Below, piece after piece: positions 1-11,345 of a stretch of DNA of 64,000 nt. Source of the DNA: Candidatus Nomurabacteria bacterium (GTDB lineage: Bacteria > Patescibacteriota > Patescibacteriia > UBA1558 > GWA2-36-10). Below the pieces are notes generated by a model. That model did not search any database. It had not been told where the DNA came from and was given only the letters and a program-made list of their open reading frames with translations. Location: contig JACKFO010000002.1 in the NCBI GenBank assembly GCA_020632415.1, forward strand, positions 322,732-386,731. The letters run 5' to 3'. Position 1 is the first letter of the stretch, and the number at the start of each line of letters is the position of its first letter. The translations under genes were made by a program, and so were the position numbers.

Positions 1-590
1 CTTAACTAAAGATTTATGAATAGAAATATAAAGCTGAACGTTTTTTTCTCTTTCTCTCAAAGTATCACCACTGAACTTGACTCGTGGCTTGACCATCTGA
101 TACATCGTTTCAATCACGCTATCTTCAATGTCCTCTGGATTCAAAAGCATGTCGATTTCACAGGCCATCACACCAATGATCCAATCAAAATATTGTTTTC
201 TTTCTTTGCCTTGATAAAGATCATTGAGCATCACAAACAAATCACCGTAGCGACGAATGATCTGCGCCACTTCCAAAATCATTTTTTCTGGAATAGTATT
301 GTTTGGCAAATATTTGGAACGAATCAAATCCTCGATCAAACCTTTGGCAATATGCGGTTTTAAAGTTTCTAGAATCAAACGACGGCGTAAATTTCTTTCA
401 ATTGCAAAACGTCTCAATAAATGAGCCTCTTTAAAATCAACGCTATTGCGTAATTTTTCATAGACAAAAGTCACTCTTGAAGTAATATCTTCAACTTCAA
501 TCTTGTTTTCATCCTCTAAAATTGTACGACGTCTTTGGTAAATTTTGTCCAATTTCTGATACAAATCAACGATACTTGGGGAAATTTCCA
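1..590 (-). CDS. hypothetical protein, 3' end runs off the window start
   Basis: Own reverse-complement translation from ATG (complement of 588-590): MEISPSIVDLYQKLDKIYQRRRTILEDENK...; open to position 1. Not in the ORF track because the stop is outside the window. The track ORF 16..363 (+) is its antisense shadow. Confidence 0.45.
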
Positions 591-715
591 TAAAATTTTA
601 TAATATAAATTCAAAGTTAAAATACCATATTTTTCACTTTTTTTCAATCTAGAGAAAAAATAAAAAAATAACCCCCTGAATTAAACTATCAGAGGGGTTA
701 TTTAAATTAACTGAT

Positions 716-1246
716 TTATTTTTTCTTTTTTGCAGCTACTTTTTTAGGAGCTTTCTTAACAGCAGCTACTTTTTTTGTTGTTTTTTTCTTAGGTGTAGTT
801 TTTTCTTCTACTGGAGTAGTTTTTTCTTTTTTTGATTCTACTTTTTCTACTTTAACTTCAGTCTTTGGTTTTGCTTGTAATAAATTAATAATTTGATCAA
901 GCTTGTGATTTAAACCAGACAAAGCATCAGCTAACTGTTTGTTTCCTTGACCACGATCTGATCCACGAGAATCACGAGCTGGTCTACTATCAGATTTTTT
1001 AAAACAATCATTACAATAAATAGGCTTGCCACTTGTTGGGCGAAAGGGAACTTCGCAAGTCGCACCACAACCATCACAAACAGCATTGTGCATTTCTACT
1101 TGACGATCACGATCTCGGCCACCGCCAAAACCACGATCTCTTGAGCCACCAAAATCTCTTCGGCCACCGCCAAAACCACGATCTCTTGAGCCCCGGTCAC
1201 CTCTATCACCACCTGATCTTCTATTATCTCTTTTAAAATTTCCCAT
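716..1246 (-). CDS. RG/RGG-repeat protein with C4 zinc ribbon and Lys/Ala/Pro-rich basic tail, putative nucleic-acid binding
   Basis: N-terminal DRGFGGGRRDFGGSRDRGFGGGRDRDR repeats from a 48-bp tandem DNA repeat. Motif CDGCGATCEVPFRPTSGKPIYCNDCF (CxxC...CxxC). C-terminal KKxxAAKK tail. Immediately downstream of and co-directional with the DEAD-box helicase. Confidence 0.6.
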   Translation of the reverse strand: MGNFKRDNRRSGGDRGDRGSRDRGFGGGRRDFGGSRDRGFGGGRDRDRQVEMHNAVCDGCGATCEVPFRPTSGKPIYCNDCFKKSDSRPARDSRGSDRGQGNKQLADALSGLNHKLDQIINLLQAKPKTEVKVEKVESKKEKTTPVEEKTTPKKKTTKKVAAVKKAPKKVAAKKKK

Positions 1247-1312
1247 AAATTTATTTATCTTATTAGACTTTAATTTTATGCTTTTTTTAAAGAAAAAGCA
1301 ATCAAAAAATAA

Positions 1313-2560
1313 TTAATTAGCTCTTCTGCGACGACTAAAATTTCTATTATCTTCGCGAAAATTTCTACTTGAACGATTTCTATTTGCAACATTAGCAAAT
1401 CCTCTACTTGCTCTAGGAATGATTTTTGCTGCTGGTAATTTTGGCACTGCTTTGACTGGAATGGTTTTTTTAATCAATCTTTCAATTTGTTTAATTGATC
1501 TTTTTTCATCATTGCCAACAAAAGAAATTGCTTTACCAAAAGCGCCAGCCCGACCAGTACGGCCAATACGATGAACATAATCATCTGGATTATCTGGTAA
1601 ATCATAATTAATCACCAAGGAAATATCTTTAACATCAATTCCACGAGCCGCAATGTCAGTTGCCACTAAAACTCGATATTTACCATTTTTAAAACCGCTC
1701 AAAGCTTCTTTTCTTTGATTTAAAGTACGATTAGAATGAATTTCGGTCGCTGAGTGCCCTAAGGCTCTGATTAAAATAGCAATTTTCTTTGCGCCATGTT
1801 TGGTACGAGAAAAAATCAAGACACTACCATTGTAGTCAGTCAATAATTTATCTAGTAATTGTCCGCGCATTTCTTTGGAAATAATAAAAATTTCCTGCTC
1901 TACTTTGGCAGCGGCAGTTCCAGCTGGGGCAACTTCGATACGCCAAGGAGTTTTCATAAACTGATTAGCAATTTCAGCAATTGCTTTAGGCATGGTTGCT
2001 GAAAACATCAAAGTCTGTCTTTCTTTAGGAGCCAATTTTAAAATTTGTTTAATCTGAGGCATGAAACCAATGTCGAGCATTCGATCAGCCTCGTCCAAAA
2101 CAATCATTTTAACTTTTGCTAAATTTAAATTTTTCTGTTGCAAATGGTCAATCAAACGTCCGGGAGTAGAAACAATGATTTGTGGATTACGACGCATTGC
2201 GTTGATTTGTTGCTGAGCAGAAGCTCCGCCGATCAAAACTACGGTTTTTAAACCAAATTTTTGACCAAGCTTATTTAAAACTTCTTCGACTTGCAAAGCA
2301 AGTTCGCGAGTAGGCAATAAAATCAAAGCTTGCGCCTTATTTTGTGATAAAAGCTGAACTATTGGCACGCCAAAGGCCAAAGTTTTTCCAGTACCAGTTT
2401 GAGCAATGCCCACAACATCTTTGCCTTGCAAAGTTGCTGGAATACACTGGTGTTGGATGGGAGTTGGAGCCAAAAATTTGAGCCTAGTTAAAAGCTCCAA
2501 TAAATTGGGGCTAATCCCTAAATTATCAAAATTAGAGGCAATTGTTGTTGTTTTTGTCAT
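1313..2560 (-). CDS. DEAD-box ATP-dependent RNA helicase
   Basis: Motifs AQTGTGKT, PTRELA, DEAD, SAT, HRIGRTGR. Basic RS/RN-rich C-terminal tail. Start trimmed to MTKTTT (ATG complement 2558-2560); the track ORF extends to 2599. Confidence 0.9.
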   Translation of the reverse strand: MTKTTTIASNFDNLGISPNLLELLTRLKFLAPTPIQHQCIPATLQGKDVVGIAQTGTGKTLAFGVPIVQLLSQNKAQALILLPTRELALQVEEVLNKLGQKFGLKTVVLIGGASAQQQINAMRRNPQIIVSTPGRLIDHLQQKNLNLAKVKMIVLDEADRMLDIGFMPQIKQILKLAPKERQTLMFSATMPKAIAEIANQFMKTPWRIEVAPAGTAAAKVEQEIFIISKEMRGQLLDKLLTDYNGSVLIFSRTKHGAKKIAILIRALGHSATEIHSNRTLNQRKEALSGFKNGKYRVLVATDIAARGIDVKDISLVINYDLPDNPDDYVHRIGRTGRAGAFGKAISFVGNDEKRSIKQIERLIKKTIPVKAVPKLPAAKIIPRASRGFANVANRNRSSRNFREDNRNFSRRRRAN

Positions 2561-2753
2561 AAAAAAATAATGTGACCAGTTTCTACTGAGCCACATCATG
2601 ACACAAAAGATTCAAGTCTGTTGACTGAAATAATCAGTCAAATTTATTAGATTATCTACTATATCATAAAAAAATAAATTTGTCAACATTAAAAACAAAA
2701 AAGACCCAGCGTAAGCCGCGTCTTAGTAAAAATTTCTACTAGCTTTATTTATT

Positions 2754-2827
2754 TGGCTCGGGGACAGGGGCTCGAACCCCGATTGCCTGGACCAAAACCA
2801 GGTGTCCTACCATTAGACGATCCCCGA
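2754..2827 (-). tRNA. tRNA-Gln (anticodon UUG)
   Basis: Hand-folded cloverleaf on the reverse complement: U1:A72 first pair (typical of bacterial tRNA-Gln), anticodon loop TTTTGGT, T-loop GGTTCGAGC, 3' GCCA. Confidence 0.85.
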
Positions 2828-2926
2828 ATGAAATAACGAAAGTATGATAATATTTTTTCTAAAAAATGTCAATACTAAAAAACTCCCCAAGCAAAATACT
2901 TAGGAAGTTTTTTCTTTTAATTTATT

Positions 2927-3883
2927 CTAATCTATCAAATTCTGTTTAGTGGCTGAATTATTTTTGTATAATTCTGGGTCAATTGTTCGTTCAAAACAAG
3001 TTTTTTCTGACTTGTGCTCCCAATTTTGCGAATCAATACTAGGATAATAATAACGAGCCGCTTGACTACCGTTTACAAAATCTTCACTGTTGGTTGTAAA
3101 ATCAGCACAAAGTTCAAATGATAAATCGCCTAATACTTGATACTGATAATCAGCTTTTGTTTCTGGATCATTAGCAACTTGATAACCAGATATGTCATTT
3201 TCCAATTGGCTTAGTTCTGTTGGTAGCACTTCTTTGTTTTGCCAATAATTAATAATCTGACTCTGGAGAAGTTGCAAATCCTGCACTCTTTGTTCATCAA
3301 AACGATGATCACGTTGTTGACTTGGAGCGCCAATCAAGAAGAAACCCCAAACAATACTAGCCACCATAATCACCAACAAAGTTGCAGCAATAGTTACTGG
3401 TAACTTGCTTTTAATATTTTCATTTTTTAAATCCCAAAAATAATATAAAAATAAAGCTGCTGCCACCAATAAAACTACTAAAATCTTTAAGAAAAATTGA
3501 GTGCTTAATTCCCCGTTCAAAAAATTATAAACCAAAATCATCAAGTCAATAATCACTGTCACGGCCGAAACAAATAAAGTCAAATAAACTAGCCATTTTC
3601 TGATTTTGATTTCTCGATGTAAAATGTTTTTTTGGTCATCTTTTTTCAAAAACCAAGAGCTAATTAAATAAGCGGGCAAAGCAATCAGCAAAATAGCCAT
3701 TGAAACCCTAATCCCCTCGCTGACTGAACGATAATAAAAAGTCAAAGGATCGGGAAAAATAACATTAATGTACTGCACATACAAAGTCATAAAAGATACC
3801 ACGCTCAAATAAAGAGTGACAATTGCAAACAAATGTAAAAATACATCTTTTGGTGTGGTTTTGGGGATGTTTGAATTTTCCAT
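2927..3883 (-). CDS. hypothetical polytopic membrane protein
   Basis: About six predicted TM helices in the N-terminal two thirds, then a polar C-terminal domain. No recognisable catalytic motif. Confidence 0.5.
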   Translation of the reverse strand: MENSNIPKTTPKDVFLHLFAIVTLYLSVVSFMTLYVQYINVIFPDPLTFYYRSVSEGIRVSMAILLIALPAYLISSWFLKKDDQKNILHREIKIRKWLVYLTLFVSAVTVIIDLMILVYNFLNGELSTQFFLKILVVLLVAAALFLYYFWDLKNENIKSKLPVTIAATLLVIMVASIVWGFFLIGAPSQQRDHRFDEQRVQDLQLLQSQIINYWQNKEVLPTELSQLENDISGYQVANDPETKADYQYQVLGDLSFELCADFTTNSEDFVNGSQAARYYYPSIDSQNWEHKSEKTCFERTIDPELYKNNSATKQNLID

Positions 3884-3934
3884 AAAATTTTTGATTATTT
3901 TTAAACTACTCTAATTATCCTATTTTTATTAAGA

Positions 3935-3975
3935 AAAGTCAAAAGGCTCGCCGATTTTTACTCTTTGAGCCTTTT
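3935..3975 (-). terminator. putative intrinsic terminator of the 79-aa gene
   Basis: Stem AAGGCTC/GAGCCTT with a U-rich tract on the minus strand. Confidence 0.35.
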
Positions 3976-3994
3976 TCCTAAATCATGCATGACT

Positions 3995-4234
3995 TCACTC
4001 TCCCAAGGCTTTTTTGGCCTGTTGATACTGACGAATCAACCAGAGACTGGCCAACACTCCCAAAACAAAACCGCCGCTCAGGAGCATCGCCAATTCAAGA
4101 TCTAGCACATCTTTGGTCATCGACCAAAACACACCACCCAAACAGCTGAGAGTGGCTATAACCGCCACAACGGAAAAGCCAAACCAATTGCTTTTGACCT
4201 GCTCCAGGTCTTTGAGTTCAGATGCACGTGACAT
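3995..4234 (-). CDS. small two-TM membrane protein (79 aa), compositionally atypical cassette gene
   Basis: GC about 48% against about 34% in the flanks. GGAGG 8 nt upstream of ATG (MSRASELKDLEQ...), which host genes lack. Two hydrophobic helices. Track ORF trimmed from 4249 to the SD-preceded ATG. Confidence 0.45.
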   Translation of the reverse strand: MSRASELKDLEQVKSNWFGFSVVAVIATLSCLGGVFWSMTKDVLDLELAMLLSGGFVLGVLASLWLIRQYQQAKKALGE

Positions 4235-4304
4235 CAGTCTATCCTCCAAATTGAAGAACCGTCATCTTGCTTTAAGTTTGACACAGAGCAAAAAATTTGT
4301 AAAA

Positions 4305-4338
4305 TAAAAAATCCTCTGAGACCTCAAAGGATTTTTTG
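4305..4338 (-). terminator. intrinsic terminator after the SIMPL-domain gene
   Basis: Stem AATCCTCTGAG/CTCAAAGGATT (one mismatch) followed by UUUUUUAUUUU on the minus strand. Confidence 0.55.
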
Positions 4339-4343
4339 CTAAA

Positions 4344-5096
4344 TTATTTAACTTTATAATTTAAATTTACCTCAACCACTAAATCATATTCACCGCTTGG
4401 CAGATAAGCTGGCGCTGCCTCAGCAGACAACATTGCGCCGCCTTTGCCATAAACATCATTGGCCGGATAATAATTTTCCCACCAACCAATGGTCTTTCCT
4501 AAACGCACACCAGTGGCTTTAGACATTTCTTTAGCTTTCATTTTAGCATCTGTAATTGCCTTTAATCTAGCTTCTTGTTTTAAATTTTCTAAATCAGCAG
4601 CTTCAAAATTTACACTGTTTACTTGATTAGCTCCGGCCTTGGTAGCCGCAGAAATCAAATTTCCAACAATGTTCTCTTGAGCTGAAAAATTATTAACAGT
4701 TATTATAACTGACTGATTGGCACTATAGCCGGCTAATTTTGAACTTCCTTCAAAATAATCATACTGCGGATAAAGATTGTAATTTCTGGTTTGAATATCT
4801 TTTTCTTCAATACCCTGATCTTTGATCGCCTGCAAAACTTGATTCATTTTTTGATTTAAGTTTTCTAGAGCCAAATTAGCATTAGCCGCTCGATCTACTT
4901 GCACGCCTAAATCAATTTTTGCTGTGTCAGGTAAATACGAAACCTCTCCTCGTCCAGTCACTGAAACTTGATACTGCGGATCATTGATAATTCGGTCTCT
5001 TAACAAAGCAACCACCAAAACAATAGTGATCAAGACCATCATGGTGATTTTTACCCACAAACGATGTGGCTGATAAACTTTTTGTTCGTTTTCCAT
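4344..5096 (-). CDS. SIMPL-domain (DUF541/YggE-like) periplasmic or membrane-anchored protein
   Basis: N-terminal TM anchor. Conserved SIMPL architecture (GRGEVSYLPDTAKIDLGV... KAKEMSKATGVRLGK... YDLVVEVNLNYKV). Confidence 0.75.
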   Translation of the reverse strand: MENEQKVYQPHRLWVKITMMVLITIVLVVALLRDRIINDPQYQVSVTGRGEVSYLPDTAKIDLGVQVDRAANANLALENLNQKMNQVLQAIKDQGIEEKDIQTRNYNLYPQYDYFEGSSKLAGYSANQSVIITVNNFSAQENIVGNLISAATKAGANQVNSVNFEAADLENLKQEARLKAITDAKMKAKEMSKATGVRLGKTIGWWENYYPANDVYGKGGAMLSAEAAPAYLPSGEYDLVVEVNLNYKVK

Positions 5097-5123
5097 ATAA
5101 TTAATTTATTATTTTTTAATCAT

Positions 5124-6746
<1,623 letters not shown>

Positions 6747-6826
6747 TTAAGATTTTTCAAAACAGAGACATTATAACAAATTTTATTTAAAAAAACAAAA
6801 ATGCCTCAACTTGTGAGGCATTTCTT

Positions 6827-7273
6827 CTACTCTTCTAAAATAGTAATAAAAATGTTAATTTTTTCTTTATTTGGTAATTGTAAATTGACTTGATGCTTGC
6901 CCAAGTCTTTCAAGGCAGTAAAATTATCAAACCATTTTTCTTCTACATCTAAATTAAATTTATCTTTTATCTCTCTGATAATATCTGCTTGGTGAATAGC
7001 TTGAAACAAATTTCCTTTTTCTGAAGCTTTGCCTTTAAATTGCAGGCCCTGTTTATTTAAAGTTTTTATTATTTTTTGTTGAGCATTAATTTTTGTTTGC
7101 TCTTGTTTAATAATCTTTTGTTTTCCTTGCTGAATTTTATTGACATTTTGGTTACTAGCCAAAATTGCTTTCTTATTTGGCAACAAAAAATTATTAGCAT
7201 AACCAAAACTAACTTCTTTAATATCCCCTTTTTTACCCAAAGAGCTAATATCTTCCAATAAAACAACTTTCAT
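6827..7273 (-). CDS. rplI: 50S ribosomal protein L9
   Basis: MKVVLLEDISSLGKKGDIKEVSFGYANNFLLP is the canonical L9 N-terminus. 148 aa. Confidence 0.85.
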   Translation of the reverse strand: MKVVLLEDISSLGKKGDIKEVSFGYANNFLLPNKKAILASNQNVNKIQQGKQKIIKQEQTKINAQQKIIKTLNKQGLQFKGKASEKGNLFQAIHQADIIREIKDKFNLDVEEKWFDNFTALKDLGKHQVNLQLPNKEKINIFITILEE

Positions 7274-7276
7274 AAA

Positions 7277-8563
7277 CTATTCTTTAATTATCTCTTTTGC
7301 ACGATCCAATTGTGGGTCTAAGTCATTGTTATAATCTTCAGTAGTGTATTCTATTTTTTCATCAGGCTCAACTCCCACATCGTCAATTGTTCTGCCTTTA
7401 GGAGTAATCCAATTAGCCACCGTTACTTTCAAGGCTGAACCATCTTTAAGCTCAAACAACTGTTGGACAGAACCCTTACCAAAAGTAGTTTGACCAATTA
7501 CCGTACCAAAACCATAGTCCTGTAAAGCGCCAGCCAAAATCTCCGCTGCTGAAGCCGATCCTTCATTAACTAAAATGACCATCTTATATTGACTCAAATC
7601 TAGTTCTTTTGGCGCTTTATAATCTTTACTATCTTTTTGATTTGAAAAAATTTCTCTGACCACCACTTGTCCATCTTGCAACCAAGAGCCGGCAATGTCC
7701 ACTGCTACATCCAAAAATCCACCAGGATTGTTTCTTAGATCCAAAATAATACCATCCGGATTATCTCGTAAAACTTGCTGAGCAATTTTAATAAAACGAC
7801 TGTCCGTGTCACTATTAAAGTGACTAATCTTAATTACTGCAAGATTATCTTCTAATTTATAAGTGACACTAGGAATAGCGATTTTATCACGCTTGATTTT
7901 AATTTCTTTTGGCGTATTTTCATCTTTAGACAAAACAGTCAAAACAAGCTCTGTTCCTTTGTCACCACGAATCAAATTAACCGCTCCGTCAACTGACAAA
8001 CTACTAGCATCTTGTTCATCAATGCCTAAAATCTTGTCCCCTGCTCTCAAGCCAGCAATTTCTGCTGGAGAATCTGGCAAGGGAGCGATAATCACCAAAG
8101 CGCCATTTTTACGACCAATCTCTGCACCGATTCCAAAAAAGCTACCATTTAATTCTTGAGTAAATTCATCAGTAACTTCTGGATTCAAAAAAATAGTATA
8201 AGGGTCATTAACCGCTGCCACCATACCAGAAATTGCTCCGTAGAATAAATCTGATTCTGAAATTTGATTTCGCTTAAAATAATATTGGTGTAAAGTTTCC
8301 CAAGCATCTTTGAATAAAGCTGGATCAATATTTTCTGTTCCAGAAAAAATGCCTAAAATTTCATCAGCAGTAGTTGCAAAAACGTTTTCCTGAGCGGTTT
8401 TATTATTTAAATTACTAGTAAAAACCCCTGCTCCAAAAGCAACTAAAATTAAAAAAAACAAAGCGTAAATTTTAATTACCCTTTTAAACAAATTTTTCTT
8501 CTTTTTCAAAACATCTTCAGTTTGCTCATTGGTAAACTGACTCTTATTTTCAAATTGATACAT
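7277..8563 (-). CDS. ctpA: carboxyl-terminal processing protease (S41 peptidase)
   Basis: N-terminal TM, PDZ domain (GLRAGDKILGID), S41 catalytic region (NEGSASAAEILAGALQD). Confidence 0.85.
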   Translation of the reverse strand: MYQFENKSQFTNEQTEDVLKKKKNLFKRVIKIYALFFLILVAFGAGVFTSNLNNKTAQENVFATTADEILGIFSGTENIDPALFKDAWETLHQYYFKRNQISESDLFYGAISGMVAAVNDPYTIFLNPEVTDEFTQELNGSFFGIGAEIGRKNGALVIIAPLPDSPAEIAGLRAGDKILGIDEQDASSLSVDGAVNLIRGDKGTELVLTVLSKDENTPKEIKIKRDKIAIPSVTYKLEDNLAVIKISHFNSDTDSRFIKIAQQVLRDNPDGIILDLRNNPGGFLDVAVDIAGSWLQDGQVVVREIFSNQKDSKDYKAPKELDLSQYKMVILVNEGSASAAEILAGALQDYGFGTVIGQTTFGKGSVQQLFELKDGSALKVTVANWITPKGRTIDDVGVEPDEKIEYTTEDYNNDLDPQLDRAKEIIKE

Positions 8564-8569
8564 AATTTA

Positions 8570-9865
8570 TTAATCGTTTACTCTTTTTATCTTAGCGCCC
8601 AAAGCTGCTAATCTTTGATCTAAAAATTGATAACCACGATCGACTTGATAGATGTTATCGATCACACTTTCACCACGAGCAGATAAGGCAGCCAAAATTA
8701 AAGTCGCGCCTGCTCTCAAATCAAAACTACTCATTTCTTTACCAAATAAAGGAGAAGGGCCAATAACAATCACTCGGTGTGGATCAGAAACAATAATGTT
8801 AGCTCCCATTTTCTTTAGTTCTGCCACATATTTCATCCGACCATCATACATCCAGTCATGAATTAAGGTTGTGCCATGAGCCTGAGTCATCAAAGCAGTC
8901 ATCGGCTGAATTAAATCAGCAGCAAAACCAGGATAAGGCATGTCATGAATTTTTTCTACTGCTTTCAAATCCACTCTACCGTCAACTTTAATATTTGCCA
9001 ACTGATAATGTTTATTTGGCGATAAATCTAAATAATTAATTTCTATTTTTAAACCAACTTCTTTAAATTTTTCTAACTCCAAAGCCAAAAAATAAGGAGC
9101 AGTATTTAAAATAGTGATTTCAGATCTAGTGCAACCGGCCAAAGAAATAAAAGTTCCCGTCTCAATTGGATCCGGCATAATATGATATTCGCCACCGCCC
9201 AAAGACTTTGCGCCTTTGATCGTTAATTCGTGTGTGCCAATGCCTTGGATCTCTAAACCTAGAGTTTCCAAAAACCAACAAAGATCCTGAACACTTGGAT
9301 CAGAAGCAGCGATTCTTATTTTGATTTCTCCTTGATTGATCGCTGAAGCTAAAATAATATTTTCTGTACCAGTGACAGAAAATTCATCCATCACAATCTC
9401 TGTGTTGGCGGCTCGTTTTTTTTCTAAAATATAATATTTGCCATCAAACTCTACATCTACACCCAAACGAGCAAAAGCTTTAAAGTGGGTATCCATTGAA
9501 CGAGCGCCGATCTGACAACCACCGGGCGCTTTGGTTTTAATTTTACCAAAACGACCAACCATTGCCCCCATCAATAAAATTGAGGAGCGCATCGTACTCA
9601 TCAGGTCCATATCCAACTTTTCTGGATCAAGCTCAGCGGCATCAATAGTTAGACTATGTTTATCCAACCAAACAACTTTAACTCCCAAAGAAGTTAAAAT
9701 TTGAATCATTTTTTTCACATCCTCAATTAAAGGAACGTTGTGTAAAGTGATCTTTTCTTTTGACAAAACAGAAGCTGCTAAAATTGGTGTCGTAGCGTTT
9801 TTAAAACCAGCAACCTCGATTGTTCCTTTGAGCGCATTGCCTCCTTGAATAATAAATTTAGACAT
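8570..9865 (-). CDS. murA: UDP-N-acetylglucosamine 1-carboxyvinyltransferase
   Basis: MSKFIIQGGNALKGTIEVAGFKNATTPIL. Active-site Cys loop KAPGGCQIGARSMD. Full-length EPT fold. Confidence 0.93.
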   Translation of the reverse strand: MSKFIIQGGNALKGTIEVAGFKNATTPILAASVLSKEKITLHNVPLIEDVKKMIQILTSLGVKVVWLDKHSLTIDAAELDPEKLDMDLMSTMRSSILLMGAMVGRFGKIKTKAPGGCQIGARSMDTHFKAFARLGVDVEFDGKYYILEKKRAANTEIVMDEFSVTGTENIILASAINQGEIKIRIAASDPSVQDLCWFLETLGLEIQGIGTHELTIKGAKSLGGGEYHIMPDPIETGTFISLAGCTRSEITILNTAPYFLALELEKFKEVGLKIEINYLDLSPNKHYQLANIKVDGRVDLKAVEKIHDMPYPGFAADLIQPMTALMTQAHGTTLIHDWMYDGRMKYVAELKKMGANIIVSDPHRVIVIGPSPLFGKEMSSFDLRAGATLILAALSARGESVIDNIYQVDRGYQFLDQRLAALGAKIKRVND

Positions 9866-9930
9866 AGTATTATAGCTTATAGCTAGTAATCATTAGCTAT
9901 ATCATACCCTAAATCTTAACATAAAACAAG

Positions 9931-11199
9931 ATGAGCATCATCTTACGACGTTTAACTTACCTCAGTTTTTTCTTGGCCTTCATCATTGTTGCCCCTTTGT
10001 TAATTTTTTATTCTTTGGGCTATCGTTATAATTTTGATAAACATTTGATTGAAAAAAATGGAGCTTTTTTTGTAAAGTCTTATCCAAGAAATTCCAATAT
10101 TTTTATTGATGGCGAAAAAACAAAATTCAAAACCCCCGCTCAAGTTACCAATGTTAAAACTGGTACGCATTTAGTAGAAATAAAAAAAGAAGGTTTTGAT
10201 ACTTGGCAAAAAAATCTAAACATTATTGCCGGAGAAACTACTTTTATTGAAGACGTGACTTTATTTTTAAACGAACAAAAAATCGTTGATTTAGGACCTG
10301 GCTCAGAAGATTACTTAATTAACAAAAATAAAGATAAATACAGCTACCTCCGAGACAATACCCTTTGGCTCGTCAATACTGAAACAGAACAAATTTTTGA
10401 CGTCTATCAATTTCCACAAAAAACTGAATTAATTGACTGGTCAAAAAATGATCAACAAATTTTGATTAAACAAAATAATTATAAAATTTTTGACATTAGT
10501 CAACAAAAAATTACCGACTTAAATATCCTTAACCCAGATAAAATAATTTGGGACAATCAAGATGAAAATATCATTTGGTTTTTACGTAATCAAAAATTAT
10601 ATAAATATAACATTGTCTTGAATAGCACCACTTTAAAAGCTGATGATTTATCAGATTTTGATCTAACCGGAGAATATATAATTTTACAAAACAACCAAGC
10701 AGGCATCAGCAATCTAGCTCAGATTCAAAAAGACTCTACTGACGAAGTCAGGAGTTTGGAAAATCTAAAACTTGGAAAATTAAAAATTATTTTGGCTGAC
10801 AAAGACTATTTAATTTTCATGCTTGGTTCACACCTTTACTTACAAAAACAAGAACAAGAATTGATCGAAATCCCCGCTTCCTTAGTAGAGATCTATGGTA
10901 AATTTTTGTTAATCAACGATGGTTACCAAACAATTCTTTATGATTATAATGATGATTACAAAGAAATAATTGATCGTTCTTCACAAGTTGTCTCTGATTT
11001 AAAATGGCATCCTAATGGCAGCTACTTCATCAACGAAGTAAATGGCAAAAGCACCATCTACGAGTTAGACGGTCGGGATTATCGCAACAACACTCAAGTC
11101 TTAAATGACCCGCTAAAGAAAATGTATCTGTTTAACAAAAAAGGAGATAAATTATTTATTCTAACAGCCGAAAGAAATTTTTATCTTCAAGTTCAATAA
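9931..11199 (+). CDS. PEGA-domain protein with predicted beta-propeller-like C-terminal region
   Basis: N-terminal TM, then a PEGA-like segment (FVKSYPRNSNIFIDGEKTKFKTPAQVTNVKTGTHLVEIKKEGFDTWQKNLNIIAGETTF). Confidence 0.55.
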   Translation: MSIILRRLTYLSFFLAFIIVAPLLIFYSLGYRYNFDKHLIEKNGAFFVKSYPRNSNIFIDGEKTKFKTPAQVTNVKTGTHLVEIKKEGFDTWQKNLNIIAGETTFIEDVTLFLNEQKIVDLGPGSEDYLINKNKDKYSYLRDNTLWLVNTETEQIFDVYQFPQKTELIDWSKNDQQILIKQNNYKIFDISQQKITDLNILNPDKIIWDNQDENIIWFLRNQKLYKYNIVLNSTTLKADDLSDFDLTGEYIILQNNQAGISNLAQIQKDSTDEVRSLENLKLGKLKIILADKDYLIFMLGSHLYLQKQEQELIEIPASLVEIYGKFLLINDGYQTILYDYNDDYKEIIDRSSQVVSDLKWHPNGSYFINEVNGKSTIYELDGRDYRNNTQVLNDPLKKMYLFNKKGDKLFILTAERNFYLQVQ

Positions 11200-11222
11200 A
11201 AAATAAATCAAACAAAATAAAA

Positions 11223-11260
11223 AATAATAGTACAAAATACTATTATTTTTTGTTGTTTTT
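11223..11260 (+). terminator. weak AT-rich hairpin plus T-run after the PEGA gene
   Basis: AATAATAGTA-caaaa-TACTATTATT followed by TTTTTGTTGTTTTT. Confidence 0.3.
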
Positions 11261-11281
11261 AACTTATCCACAGTCCAGCTC

Positions 11282-11311
11282 TTGACGTTCGGTTTTTGTT
11301 CGGTATATAAT
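11282..11311 (+). promoter_or_regulatory. lexA promoter (TTGACG-18-TATAAT) overlapped by direct repeat GTTCGG-N6-GTTCGG
   Basis: -35 at 11282-11287, -10 at 11306-11311. The repeated GTTCGG sits between them and is a candidate autoregulatory operator. Confidence 0.5.
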
Positions 11312-11345
11312 AAAGATATAATAAAGCTCAATAATTATTAATCTT

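Noticed and set aside
16-363. Plus-strand 115-aa ORF at the window start
   Set aside because: It lies antisense to a longer minus-strand ORF (complement 1..590) that has a proper ATG and coherent protein-like sequence, so it is a shadow ORF.
1033-1236. His-rich 67-aa plus-strand ORF
   Set aside because: It is antisense to the RGG-repeat gene and arises from the repeat.
11270-11345. Canonical Gram-positive Cheo/SOS box upstream of lexA
   Set aside because: No GAAC-N4-GTTC palindrome is present. Only a direct repeat is seen, reported as a low-confidence operator candidate.
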